A stretch of 64,000 nucleotides of DNA from Amoebophrya sp. A120 (lineage: Eukaryota > Protista > Dinoflagellata). Positions 14,301 through 25,400 of the stretch are shown piece after piece. The position numbers were made by a program, and so were the translations under genes. The stretch is from the NCBI GenBank assembly GCA_905178155.1, contig CAJINV010000012.1, positions 1,368,492 through 1,432,491 on the forward strand, in the 5' to 3' direction. Positions within the stretch are counted from its first letter, which is position 1. Every line of letters begins with the position of its first letter. Under the pieces are notes generated by a model. It had not been told where the DNA came from. It was given only the letters and a program-made list of their open reading frames with translations, and made no database searches.

Positions 14301-17300
14301 GTTTCTCATGTGGAGCCCCATGAGAAGGATTTTCTAGTCGCGTTTTGGAGTTTGTGATGCTAGAATCACCATCATGTGCTAGATCTGTAATGCTAATGAA
14401 CTAGCTGATGAACAGGATTACACGATCAGGGTAGATCACTTCTCATGGGAAACAACCAAAGTTGGTTGATTTGTCTAGCAGATTTCCCAGCTTGACTCTG
14501 GTGTGCGGACGTTTTTGCTCAGGAAAAGTTTCCCCGAGATGGAGCACGAGATCCACGTGAAAATGCCGGAAAAAGGGTCCCTATCAAATGCAAATATGTC
14601 TGGGTCTGGAAACTTGTAATGCTGAATGGTCATGATTGATTGCGCCTTTAAATGCAGTGGGGCATGACAAATTTTTCAAACGCTTTCTCATGCGCAGAAC
14701 GCATTCCAAATTGCGCTTTTGCATGACGAAAGTTTGGCGCTTTCCTTGCTGCTTATGCAATACAGATTTTTTAGATATGCGAAACACGCAATACAGGTTC
14801 GACCTTTCCAGACCCAGGCGTATTTGCATTCGATAGTCCATGAGCGTGGACAATAGCAAAGCCTTCGCTCGGATCGGGGTCCCGGTGGGGGAGAAGGGTT
14901 GGTCGCTGGAAATGAACTTCTTCAACAACATATCATTTGGAAAAACGTCCCCACCTTCCCAGAGTTGTGATGCAGATTTGCATTGACAGGAACATTTGCA
15001 ATGGGCATCTCTCCATGAGAGGTGTTTCTAGTCGTGTTTTGGTATTTGTAATGCTGTGACCAGGATAAGCAGATGTATTTGTGATGCGTTTGTCCTTGCT
15101 AACCTGCAATACCTTACGGACTGCAACTTGTGATGCGTGAGTCCCAAACCTTTTGGGTTTGTGTTGCAAAATCCCCATCTTGGCTATGGGGTGGGGACGT
15201 TTTATTTACACAGGATACAACAAACGCTGGCCGGGGCTGGAACAGATGTCGAGCAAGGCGTGGCCGGTGCAGTACATGGAGTTTACGACCGTTGCGAAAA
15301 AGTTCGAAGAGTGGTTCTTGGAAGTGAACTGTGTCAGGTCGAAAGAGTTGGTAGAAAAGATCAAGGCGGAGCTAGCCCGGTATGTGAGGATGCGAAGAAG
15401 AAGTGGGAAGGAAAATAGAAGTGGGTCTACTTCACTGTCATCTTCATCATCTTCCGCAGCAGCGTCGGCCAAACCTGGCCTCTCTCCCCCCAACAGCAAG
15501 CCCGAGCCGAAGGGTACTAAGCCGGGTCCTGCGCCGCCAAAACCCCCACCAGCGAATTCCGCAGTAGTTCCGACCGAAGAGCAGATTCACTATTTCGATC
15601 GCTTATCCGCCCCGGGTATCAAATGCAAATATGTCTGGGTCTGGACGAGTGCAGGAGTTTGTCATGCAGATTTAGGATGCCCCGCTTGGCCTGGGATGCA
15701 GTGGACAGCATCACAAGTCTTGCGAGGGCTCTGCAATGCATATCCCGCATGAAAAATATTCTTTGCGCATGGCCAAGAATGGGCATCTTCTGCTACCCGC
15801 GCAAGACAAATTTTGGTGTGATCTACAGGACGCATCACAAGTTCCAATCTTCCAAACCCAGACATATTTGCAATGCATATCGGAGCTGCAGGAACTCCTC
15901 ACCCACGGGGTCGCTTTGAGTATGAAGAAGTCCTACAAGCTCCGGGGGGGCCACCAGGTGTTCTGGTCCAACCCGTTTCGGTATGACAGTGCACAACTCC
16001 CCCTCCCCCTCATTTGAAGGGCATAAGCAGCAACACAAGTACTGGCATAAATTCAGCTTTTGCATGACAAATTCGCTACCGATTCTAGTGCTGTTTCAGC
16101 TTCCGGAACCTGTCATGCAAGGAGTTCTTAAGAGAAAGGGGTGGATTTGGTATTTTGCATGACAAATGAGGGGGAGGGGGAGTTGTGCGTTGTCATTTTC
16201 GGGACAAGCTCTGCGAGTCGATCCGGATCCAGTTTTTCTGCCGCAGTTATTCTGAGTAAAAACATCCCCACGACCCCAGAGTTGTCATGCAAATCTGCAT
16301 GCCAAAAAAGTGTCTCATGCGAAGCCACATGAGAAGCTTTATTTTCTAGTCGTGTTTTGGGATTTGTGATGCTAGAAATAGCATGATGTGCTACATCTGT
16401 GATGCTGCTGAACTAGCTAAACAGGGTTTCACTACGAGGATCGAAACTTGTCATGCGAAACAACCAAAGCTGGCTGATTTGTCTAGCAGATTTTCCATCT
16501 TGACTCTGGTACTATGGGGACGTTTTTACTCAGGATAGCAGTTGGCGGGATTTCGCTTTCGAGAAAATTTACCTTCGGTCGCGGCCGTTACCCGTCTTGG
16601 TGCCGATGTTTCAGACGCCAAGTATAATTTCTAGCCCGTTGATAGTAGCACCGACGGCGGGGGTGGCGGTTCCGGGTGGAGGTGGGGGTGCTGGCACGAC
16701 TGCCGGAACGATTGTTTCACCTCCAACTGCTGTGACAAAAATCAACGGAACATCATTTTATTCCAGCACAACCTTCACGACAGTGCACCCGGCCGCGGCC
16801 CAGGGGATGGGCAATTTCGCCACCCCGGCACCGGATTTGTTCGGAAAATTGATCGTGAACACCAGTAACACGGGACTGCAAGAACACGGGAAGTCGAGCA
16901 GTAATAGAAATTGGGTGCACATTAACCAAACAACAGGGAAAGTTACAGTTTCGCACCATCATCCCAACACCGAATATCAAAATGAAAAATCCCCCCACTC
17001 CATACTCAAACTGGAAATTTGTGATGCTGATTTGTGACCACAAATTACGTTGTCATGCTAGAAGGGAACAGATGCGAACTGTAGTGCTGGCTGACGTAGG
17101 AAGGCCTTGCCTGTTCAGCATGACAGGAGGCAACTGGAAGTGGGAAACAGCGTGACAAATTGCCTGAATACAAGGCCGGAACTGCGTCTCTTGCCATTGT
17201 AGCAATACAAACCGATTTGTGTACGCAAATCCAGCATCACAAAATTCCTGTGCGATATGGCGAGGGGGGATTTTTCCTCACAATACCGAAGTGTCGAAGT

Positions 17301-17970
17301 TTGTTCCGGGCAGCAACTCGGAAAGTTGCAGGCGAAAGAGGAATATCCTGTGCAAAAGTATCGTACTTCTAGTAATTGCATTTATGCACTACAAATCTCC
17401 TTCTCAAGGCAAATCAGCATTGCAAACTGCATTTGTGATACTGAGGAAATTTGTAATGCGATTCCTACTAGTACGATGCTTTTGCGTTTCATAAGGAAGC
17501 GAAAGGAGATGCTGGAACGAGGGCAAAACGCAGACGGGGGCATATCAAATGCAAAAATGTCTGGGTCTGGAAAGTTGGAACTTGTGATGCTAACTTTGGA
17601 CTCTAAAAAAATCTGTATTGCATGACCAGCAAGAGGAGCCACATTTGTGCTACGCGAGTAGGGCATTTGTCATGCGGAAATGGCATCAGGAAGCCTTCCA
17701 AAAATCTGTGATGCTGGGTCATGCATTACAAGCATCATGGGTCATGCCAGACAAGCATGACAAGCCTTCCACTCTTTCAGACCCAGACATATGTGCACTT
17801 GATAGGGCACTGTTGACCCGGCAGAGATAACTACTAACACCAACTCCAAAGAGCCGCAAAAAATCAACTTTTTCGTCGAGTCGTACCCGCTGCGCCCGGT
17901 GCTGATCTTTTTGCTCGCTTTCTTTCTAGCGCCGAAAACCTTTCCAGGGAGCGAGAGGCTGTTTAGCTGA
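2319..17970 (+). CDS. Large (~2,640 aa) membrane protein with MGAT4-like glycosyltransferase family 54 domain; 28 introners plus 2 probable canonical introns
   Basis: ATG 2319 to TGA 17968-17970. The frame stays open when each element plus one TSD is removed. Spliced GT54 motifs: ELVIGLTSVFR..DYL, HIVVPP..FYP, KWRTKQNYD, FLMLEDDI, QFTYLGLIGKLY, EQPVDWL. Several hydrophobic helices (~3020-3100, ~8060-8450, ~9525-9640, C-terminus). Confidence 0.75.
3361..3668. mobile_element. introner family D (TIR TATTACA.TGAAAAA.GCCCCCAC)
   Basis: TSD CACCC/CATCT; homologous to 52232. Confidence 0.85.
3861..4009. mobile_element. introner family J, degenerate
   Basis: TSD ACCCG/ACCCG; weak TIR; frame restored. 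Confidence 0.75.
4086..4256. mobile_element. introner family I (TIR TATC...TGCAAAAGT.TCGTACT)
   Basis: TSD degenerate ACGGG/GCGCC; frame restored. Confidence 0.75.
4337..4599. mobile_element. introner family A
   Basis: TSD GACAA; splits WRTK|QNYD. Confidence 0.92.
5133..5267 (+). other. probable canonical GT-AG intron (gene 2)
   Basis: GTACTT...CCCGCAG; AT-rich; phase fits the flanking frames; donor position uncertain. Confidence 0.5.
5601..5856. mobile_element. introner family A
   Basis: TSD GCTGT. Confidence 0.9.
5940..6218. mobile_element. introner family A
   Basis: TSD GACGG. Confidence 0.9.
6313..6637. mobile_element. introner family C (TIR TAT..AAAGGAAAAATCCCCCCTCCCCATA)
   Basis: TSD TGTCG. 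Confidence 0.9.
6703..6964. mobile_element. introner family A
   Basis: TSD ACCCG. Confidence 0.9.
7164..7484. mobile_element. introner family C
   Basis: TSD AGAAG/AGAAT. Confidence 0.9.
8082..8389. mobile_element. introner family E (TIR TATGGA...GTCA.GAT..AAATCG)
   Basis: TSD CCTAC. Confidence 0.9.
8452..8718. mobile_element. introner family A
   Basis: TSD ACAAG/GCAAG. Confidence 0.9.
8785..9033. mobile_element. introner family A
   Basis: TSD CGAGG. Confidence 0.9.
10364..10661. mobile_element. introner family E (opposite orientation to 8082)
   Basis: TSD CGTAC. Confidence 0.9.
10721..10972. mobile_element. introner family F (TIR TATAACCCGCTCAGGTGTTACAATCTCAA)
   Basis: TSD CACAA. Confidence 0.9.
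11036..11319. mobile_element. introner family B (TIR TATCCTGAGTAAAAACGTCCCCAC)
   Basis: TSD GGCGG. Confidence 0.9.
12033..12296. mobile_element. introner family A
   Basis: TSD TCTCT. Confidence 0.9.
12328..12606. mobile_element. introner family B
   Basis: TSD GATGC/GCTGT. Confidence 0.88.
12746..12880 (+). other. probable canonical GT-AG intron (gene 2)
   Basis: GTACTT...AAACCAG; AT-rich; phase fits; donor position uncertain. Confidence 0.45.
13488..13738. mobile_element. introner family A
   Basis: TSD GCAAC. Confidence 0.9.
13883..14094. mobile_element. introner family G (TIR TATC.CAAGAAAAAACTGT)
   Basis: TSD GGTCG. Confidence 0.9.
14239..14526. mobile_element. introner family B
   Basis: TSD AGTTC/AGTTT; right end AAA instead of ATA. 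Confidence 0.85.
14582..14835. mobile_element. introner family A
   Basis: TSD GTCCC/GTCCA. Confidence 0.88.
14931..15217. mobile_element. introner family B
   Basis: TSD CAACA. Confidence 0.9.
15617..15879. mobile_element. introner family A
   Basis: TSD CCGGG/TCGGA. Confidence 0.88.
15982..16197. mobile_element. introner family H (TIR TATGACAGTGCACAACTCCCCCTC)
   Basis: TSD TTCGG; right end ATT. Confidence 0.88.
16248..16537. mobile_element. introner family B
   Basis: TSD GCAGT. Confidence 0.9.
16975..17285. mobile_element. introner family C
   Basis: TSD CCGAA. Confidence 0.9.
17344..17493. mobile_element. introner family I
   Basis: TSD AGGAA. Confidence 0.88.
17543..17804. mobile_element. 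introner family A
   Basis: TSD GGGCA. Confidence 0.9.
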
Positions 17971-19464
17971 AGTTCTTGCCGTTTTGGCAATGCTGATAGA
18001 TGAACTATTGCAAATGTAAAGGTATTTTTGCTAATTTTCTGAACATTTACAATCGGTAGAAATGTAGACCTGATACTCTGTCTTGTCTTTATACTTGTCT
18101 TGATTCAAAGCTACTGCTTTCGTACGCAACTTTTCTCTCTACAACTACGCTCTAAATGTCTTAACATGCACGTTCTGTGCCCTGAAAATACCAAACTTGA
18201 GATGGAAACTACCCAGTTCTTCTTAACGTAAACACAGTGTCACCTTACAAGTGTCATGATATTAGCGATAACATCAAACGAAACCATAAGTGGCGTTTTT
18301 AGTGTCGCATCTTTCTTGGACGACTCTTCAGTACAGGCGTTGGCCCACGACGCAACATGCTGCTGCAGCTGCGATCTACTTCGATGGTGTTACTACATAA
18401 GATCACCTCATCTCACTGCTATAGTGTCGTGGCAGCAGCAGAACAAGTGCGCTAGTATGTATTCGTCATGATGTTGGTTCTTGTGTCGGATCTGAGATGA
18501 TCGCAAGAAGACTAACATTGTTTAGAACAGCCAGACTGTCCGCGTCTTTCCTTGGAGCTTCGTAGAGAGTATATCATCCATTTAACTCATCGACCTGGAT
18601 CTTCTCCCTACCGGGAACGCAAGAGGACCGCTGCAAGAGGATCTCTTTAGCGCTGATGCATGGACAGCAGTCGAGGATCAACGATATGCTGGATCTTCGT
18701 GGTAATAAGTATGTCAAGTGAGGTTCATCTCAGTAAAGGTGTACCCCTCACGCAAGGCCAAGGGAAGTGACGCATGACGGCGTCGGTGGTTGTAGGCCCT
18801 CCTCGGGGGTGAAAGAGATCATCACACGGTATCTTCGATATGATCACTGATTCTCAACGACGTCCAGGTGGTCGTGCAGACGAACGTGTTTTGGTTTCCT
18901 TGCAGCTGCTGCACAAATCCTTTATTTAGGTGAATGAGAGTGGTTTGGTAGGGAATTTTTATTCGGCAAACGCAAAGTTTCACACGACACAAATTTTTCC
19001 TCTTCGCCACATAATAGATTTACGACCATAGATTTCAATTATGTTGTAGTTTGACGTTTCGCCATTTTTGCATTCATAGATGAAAAGCCGCGGCTAGAGG
19101 TACGACACGATAGAATTTATTTTTCAGTTTCTTTCCCGCTCCTACGGAGCCTCATATGAATTGGTATACGTAGTGATTTGTTTGCTGTGCAGACAGACTC
19201 GCGGCACGACACTGCACTTTTTTTTTACGAATTTTAATTACGTGTAAGAAATTATGTTTGTTTTGGTCCGCTATATAAAACTTCCAAGAAGTAGTCACAA
19301 ATTTAACCATGCGGATCGATTATGAATTTACAAGCGAGATAGCATAACTCCTGTCGCTGAGCTGCAAAAGAACTTCCGGGAGTCGCGAGCTCGCTGCTAG
19401 TCGCTCTTTTTTTCCGCCAGCGCAAAACGACTTTCTGCACATCTTGCACAGAAAACTACTACCA

Positions 19465-22400
19465 ATGCAGTTTTTACCGTGGTCGAGCTCCACGAGTGGC
19501 ATCATGCTGGAGCAATCTGGTGGCAGCAGCAGCTCAAAGTCTGTTGCTGCTACCCATGCGTCGAAGATGCGGCCAATCTCCACCGATGGAAATTGTAATT
19601 TTCTGCAGCACCGCCACCGCGGTGAAGACATCAAGATCTCCCGGGGAAATGTTTCATCCCGAGCAGACCGCTGCAAGGAGGTTCTTGCAACAGACCACGA
19701 AAAGATCATCGCTTTACGACCCCTGACGTCGTCCCAAAGCCAAATGCTCGTCCACCGCAGTAGGGCAACGAAAATATTAGCCTATCCCGTCGAACACAAT
19801 AAAACCGCCCCCGAAATAAAACGGCTCTACTCCAAGAAGAAAAGCAGAAGAAAACGAACTTTCTTGATGCGGCTCGGTTCTCTCGTCGGCGCTGCCGTTT
19901 TTGCCACCGTTACGGGTCGTCGTGGGTTCAAAGCGCCCGGCACTAGCCTACCGGAACTGACGAGTGGAAGCGTCGCGGCGGGGGCGGATGCAGCAGCAGC
20001 ATCTTTCGCCGCGGCCGTTACGGGAAGAAGTGCTGATGTCGCAGCCGGCAAAGATGCCGTGGCAACAGCAGCCGCACCAGCGACCGAGGGACAGCCAGGT
20101 GAGAATAAGGGTCAAAAGCCACAGATTAACTCACATTTTCAACAAGCGCTAAAAGAGGGAACAACAAACACAGGTGGAACGAGAGGACTCGGAACCCTTT
20201 CTTCTGCGAGGAACAAAAACGCTCGGAACGACTACTTTGTGACCCATTTACCGGAATTTTCCCGCCTGTTTCAGAACTCGCTATTGAACTCTCCAATTTT
20301 CGCACAGTTCGAAGACGAAGAGGAACAGGGAAGAAAAGATCGACAAGAAGCTCGTGGCCCACAGCAGCAAGAAAACCCAAACCCCACTACTGCCAACGTG
20401 CCAGGACACCATCACCAGGAAATTGACAAGGAGTTGATTTTTTTCGTCGCGAAGACGTTTCAAGCGGAAGTGCAGGACCAGAACCGTTCGCAGTTTAGCA
20501 AAATTTTCAACGAAAACTTGCTCGATCTTGAGAAATACGGGCACGAAGAACTGAAGAAAAGGTTCGGCGCAGCAAAAATCAAAGACAAGGAGTGGATGGA
20601 AAGGGTCGGGGTCCACCAAGCGCGGCAGTTTGACATTAATTTGGACACCGATACGGCGTTTCTGGGTTTGATGGTGTACTGGCTCCACTTCCGGTGTGCG
20701 GAATTTTTGAATTCGGGGGCCATTCTAGGGTTGAGCGTCGATTACATCGACGAGTGCACATGCCTAAGCATTGCAAATATGTCTGGGTCTGGAAGAATGC
20801 AGGAGTTTGTCATGCAGATTTTGCATGACCCATAGGGTCTGTGATGCATGCCCCGGCATAACAAATTCTGTGAGATCTTTGCCATGCCTTTTCCGCATGA
20901 GAAACTGCCTCTCGGCTTGCTCAAAAGTGGACAGCTTTGTTGCTAATCATGCAACACAGATTTTTGCATGATTGAAATTTAGCATGACAAGTTGTCCCAG
21001 ACATATTTGCAGTTGATAATGCCCGAAATTGGAGGAAGCGGAGTTACGGAAACAGAGTCTGGCGAACCCAAATCCTGTATTGAAGCCGACGAGTACTAGT
21101 AGTGCAGGAGGAAGAGCTTCTACTGCTTCCGCAAGCGGCGAGCCTCGGCCAACTGGCTCAATAAATGCGACTTTCAACGTCCCTCATCCCGGAGTAAACG
21201 TCGCTTTCGCGCCGCAAACGGAAGAGGAAAAGCTGAGGCAGAAGCTGAAGGGCACCGCGCCCGACCGTTTAGATGCGGAGACGATGTTTGACCAATGGAC
21301 TGTTGTGGAAAGACGACAGAAGATGGTGCTTTTCGTCTCCTGTCAATCCATGCACCGGTTGATTAACCGGATATTGAAAGCGAGGAACAACCAGCACTTC
21401 TGGCGCATGCCGATGAGCGGAAACGAGTTGATGCAGATGAATTGGATCCCTGAGGACTCTATCATCGAAGCCCACCCCTGGCTGGCAAACAAGGGCATCA
21501 CCGCCTTAGTCTTAGCCGTCTACGAAGCCGTGATTGGGGAGGACGCTTTCAAGGAGGTCTCCGTGGCCGGCGCGCCCATGCAACATTTTTTACCCGATGG
21601 AAAACGGGAGTTGGGGCAAACCTTGACGAGCAAGGAGGTGAAGAAGCTCGCGGAGCTTGCTATCGCGGTGGAAAAAGGAGAAGTGGGAGCGTCAGGTGCG
21701 GTGACGAAAGGTGCTGGCGGTTCATCTGCCAGGACATCAAATAGGAAGCCGAAACAAGGTAGCAATTCGGGTAGTAGTGGAGGTGCTAAATCGTCCCGCG
21801 GCGGTGCAACATCTACTAGCAAAGCCACTCCGAATCTCACCCCCTTGCAGTTCGTCGCGAAATCTGTGCACCAGTTGACAAAGGCTTGGAGCGAGAAGAC
21901 GCAGCAGAAGTTGCGGTTCCGGATTGTGAAGTTGCCGAAGAGGATAACAGAGCTAAACGGCGCGAAATTCTTGAAGGAATACGCGGCGGAACGGTTGGAA
22001 TCAGTGGACGAAGCTATGAACTGGAAAGAACTGTCAAAAGATCCGGACTGGCGGCAAACCTACCACATCGACGGCGCCGCGAATATGCTGATCCACATGG
22101 CTGAGGAGGGCGATGAAGATGATCCAAGTAGAACTACATTGCCAGGAGCGGCCGTTGACGGTAGTCGTGATGTTAAGCCGCAAACTCCTATAATGCCACC
22201 TCCATCCGAAGAGGTGGAAAAATTTGCGCAAACTCTCGACCTCCGCTCGTTGCCGCAGGAAGCGGACGCGCCACTCGAGCTGTTGCCGCAAGTTTTTGAC
22301 ACGTTTAACGATGATGGCTCCACTTCGGTCGAGGGGGATATTAGTGAAGCGGGAAAAATAGGACATAGCGAATCTTTATACGACTGGTACGCACTTTGCG

Positions 22401-25400
22401 TGGAGGGCTTGCCGCAAGAGAAGCGCGACGACGACGACAGAGAAGGCGTTTCTCGGCGGGGCTATTTGGCGAGCGCGGACAGTGGAAAGCCTGTCTCGGG
22501 CTTGACTGCAGTTTCGTCCCAGGCACTGCAACAAGGCACTGCCCTATCAACTGTAAAAGTGTCTGGGTCTGGAAGATTCTGAGACTTCTCATGCACGTGT
22601 TGCATAAGCCATGAACATGATGTCTGTGATGCATGCCCCAGCATCACAGATTTTTTGAGAGCTTCTTGATGCCTATTCGGCATGACAAACGTCCTCTCCG
22701 CGTAGCAAAAAACGCGTTCCCTTTGCTGCTCATGCAATACAGATTTTTTTGGAATCCAAATGCAGCATCACAAGCTGCATTCTTCCAGACCCAGACACTT
22801 TTGCATTTGATATGCCCTCGACGTGGTCGAGACACGGGAGTCGCGGATTTTGCTCTTCAAGTCTAGTAGCAGAATGAACGTGCCGGAAGGTAGCAGAGCC
22901 GACACGGCGATCGAAATCGCGAAGTTCGGCGCCGTAGGGATTGCAAATATGTCTGGGTTTGGAAGAGTAGAACATGTAATGCTGTCTGCGGATTCTAAAA
23001 ATATCTGTGTTGCATGAGCAGCAAGAGGAGTCAGTTCTTGGCACGCGGTGAGGGCATTTCTCATGCGTAAGTAGCATCAAGAAGCTCTCAAAAAATCTGT
23101 GATGCTAGCACCAGCATCGCAGACCTCACGGGTCGTGCAAAATGTGCATGGCAAGCCCCGACTCTTCCAGAACCAGTCATTTTTGCAGTTCATACGCCGC
23201 GAACGCCTTTGTGTACCAGAGGCCGGCCTTCCGACGTGTGCCGAGGCGGTGGGTGCTGAACAACATTCCCGAGGAGAGTAGTAGTAGACAAGGGGCGGCG
23301 CAAGCCACTGCGGCAACTCCAACCGAATCAGGGACCACGATGAATAACAGACTTGTTGTTTTGAAGACCCAGCAGCCGGTTTTACTGACCAAAGCGAAGA
23401 TTTTTCAGCTCGCGAACTACCCAGATGAAAACCGGGAGTTTATCGTGATGGACAACACTTTCGATATGTACTGCGACTGGCTCGCGGACACGGAAAATCG
23501 GGACTTGATCAACGGATTTCTAACCACAGCGAAGTTGCTCAACCACCTGCAGAAACAGACGAACTTAGGAAGGGTTTCTCCCTTCTACCAGGAGTACGTG
23601 TACAGCAGCTCTTCCCGCTGGCGGCAGGACCTGTTCGTGCTGAAGTCGAAGCAGTACCCGCTCCTCGCCCGCATCGTCAACAGCGAGGACCCCTTTCTCC
23701 TCGGGGAGAAAGTCCCGGTCGAATTCCACGTTTTAGGCTCGAGGAAAGCGAGGGCGAGCGAGAAGAAGGCGGAGATCGTGAAAGAGTATTTAGGCGTTTG
23801 GGTGTATTACGAGCCGGACAGATTGCGGCAGATGTCCATGACAGTGCCTTCCGACGACTTCCTTTCGGGTGCTGGTGGGACCGCAAGTCAAACTTATCCG
23901 ACTTCTGCGGACCACTACCCGCTTCTCGTCCCCGGCGTGTTTCGTTTGCGCAAGCTGTATCACAGAAAAGAACGTGGTGGTGCTTCGCGATCCCCAGCAC
24001 CAGCATTTTCGGCAGACTCCACTGGTACTAGTTCTACTCTCGCGGACCGCCCGATTGACTGGGACCACGAGGCCCTTCTATTGGAGAAAAACGGCAACAC
24101 CATCCTGCAAGCCTTCAACTACATTGGCCCCACGCCCATGACCGCCGCGGAACATGCACAGGATTCCGAAGCGAAGAGATCTCTCGAAGAGGACGGGACA
24201 GTGGGAATCGACAGCCGGTTGGTGTTATTCCAGCCTGTGGGCGATGAGAACCAGTTTTCTTACGATTTCGAAGCGGCCACGGTGATTGGCAACAGCAACG
24301 GAAATGGCAATTATGCATCTGGGAACAAGATGAACACGTCGGGGGCCATAGGACAAGCGGCGGGCATTAAAAAGGAATACCACAAGGCAGAGAAGAAATT
24401 TTTCGGAGCGTCCAGTGGGGCGGCTGAGAGTGCAGCAGAGAAATCTTCAAATGGTGGAAAAAAACAAACTTCGTCCCCGGGCGTTAAATCCTACGAGAAG
24501 GAGAAACAGAACTGGTCCGAGGCCGACACCCTCGCCGGCATTTGGGGGTTTCCGGATTATGCGCAGTTCGAAAAGCATTTCTTCTCCGACATTGGAGACG
24601 CGAAGGCGTTCTTGGAATTCTTCTTGAATGAACCCCGTGTGAGAGAAACGTTTGAGAGTGTTTGGATGCCGTGGGGAGGTGCAACTGTTGCGGCTGCTGG
24701 TGCAGCCGGTGGAAAGGGAAGTGCGAGTAGAGCTGCCGCTGACCACGCTGAGGAAGATGGAGCCGCTGCCCCGGCTTCTACAGCCGGAAACAATAAACAC
24801 ATGCGGAAGTTTCTGAAAAGCAACCGGAAGGTGACAAACGGGAAAGTTGTCTATTCCCCTACCGCAACCCTCCTCGGCACCGCTTCTAATCCGATGCGGG
24901 TTTACTGGATGGAGGCTTTCTCGGGCGCGAACAAAATTTGCGCGGACAATTTGGATGGGAGTACTTTCATATGAGAGTGCACAAATTCCCCCTCGCCCTG
25001 ATTTGTATGGCATGAACAGCAATACAAACACAAGCACACGTGGAGCCGATGCATGACAAATTTGTGTGCGTAATGTAGTACTGTTTGGGCTCCTTCTGGA
25101 ATTTCTCATGCATAATAGTGACGCAAGGGAGCAACTGGAATTGTGGACTTTGCATGAGAAATGAGAACGAGGGGGAGTTGTGCACTGTCATATTTGACGA
25201 CGTTGACGCCAGCCGACCACGTGCCGCCGATTGAGCGGCTGCGCGACGGGTTGGGAGAGGAAATCACGATGCGAGACATGTACAATAAAGGCGCTCGGGG
25301 CGCGGTCACGGACAAAGCGGCGTCCTTCCAACTCGGTTTGCAAGAAATTCTGCAGGAGAGACTCTCGACCTGTTGGCGCGCGTTTCGCAACTTGTCGAAG

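Noticed and set aside
19058-19080. Relic dinoflagellate spliced leader (GCCATTTTTGCATTCATAG)
   Set aside because: The match to CCATTTTGGCTCAAG is too short and degenerate to support.
19271-19347. TATA box (TATATAAAA) and ATG at 19309 as the gene 3 start
   Set aside because: The ATG hits TAA after 12 codons, and a promoter role cannot be shown from sequence alone.
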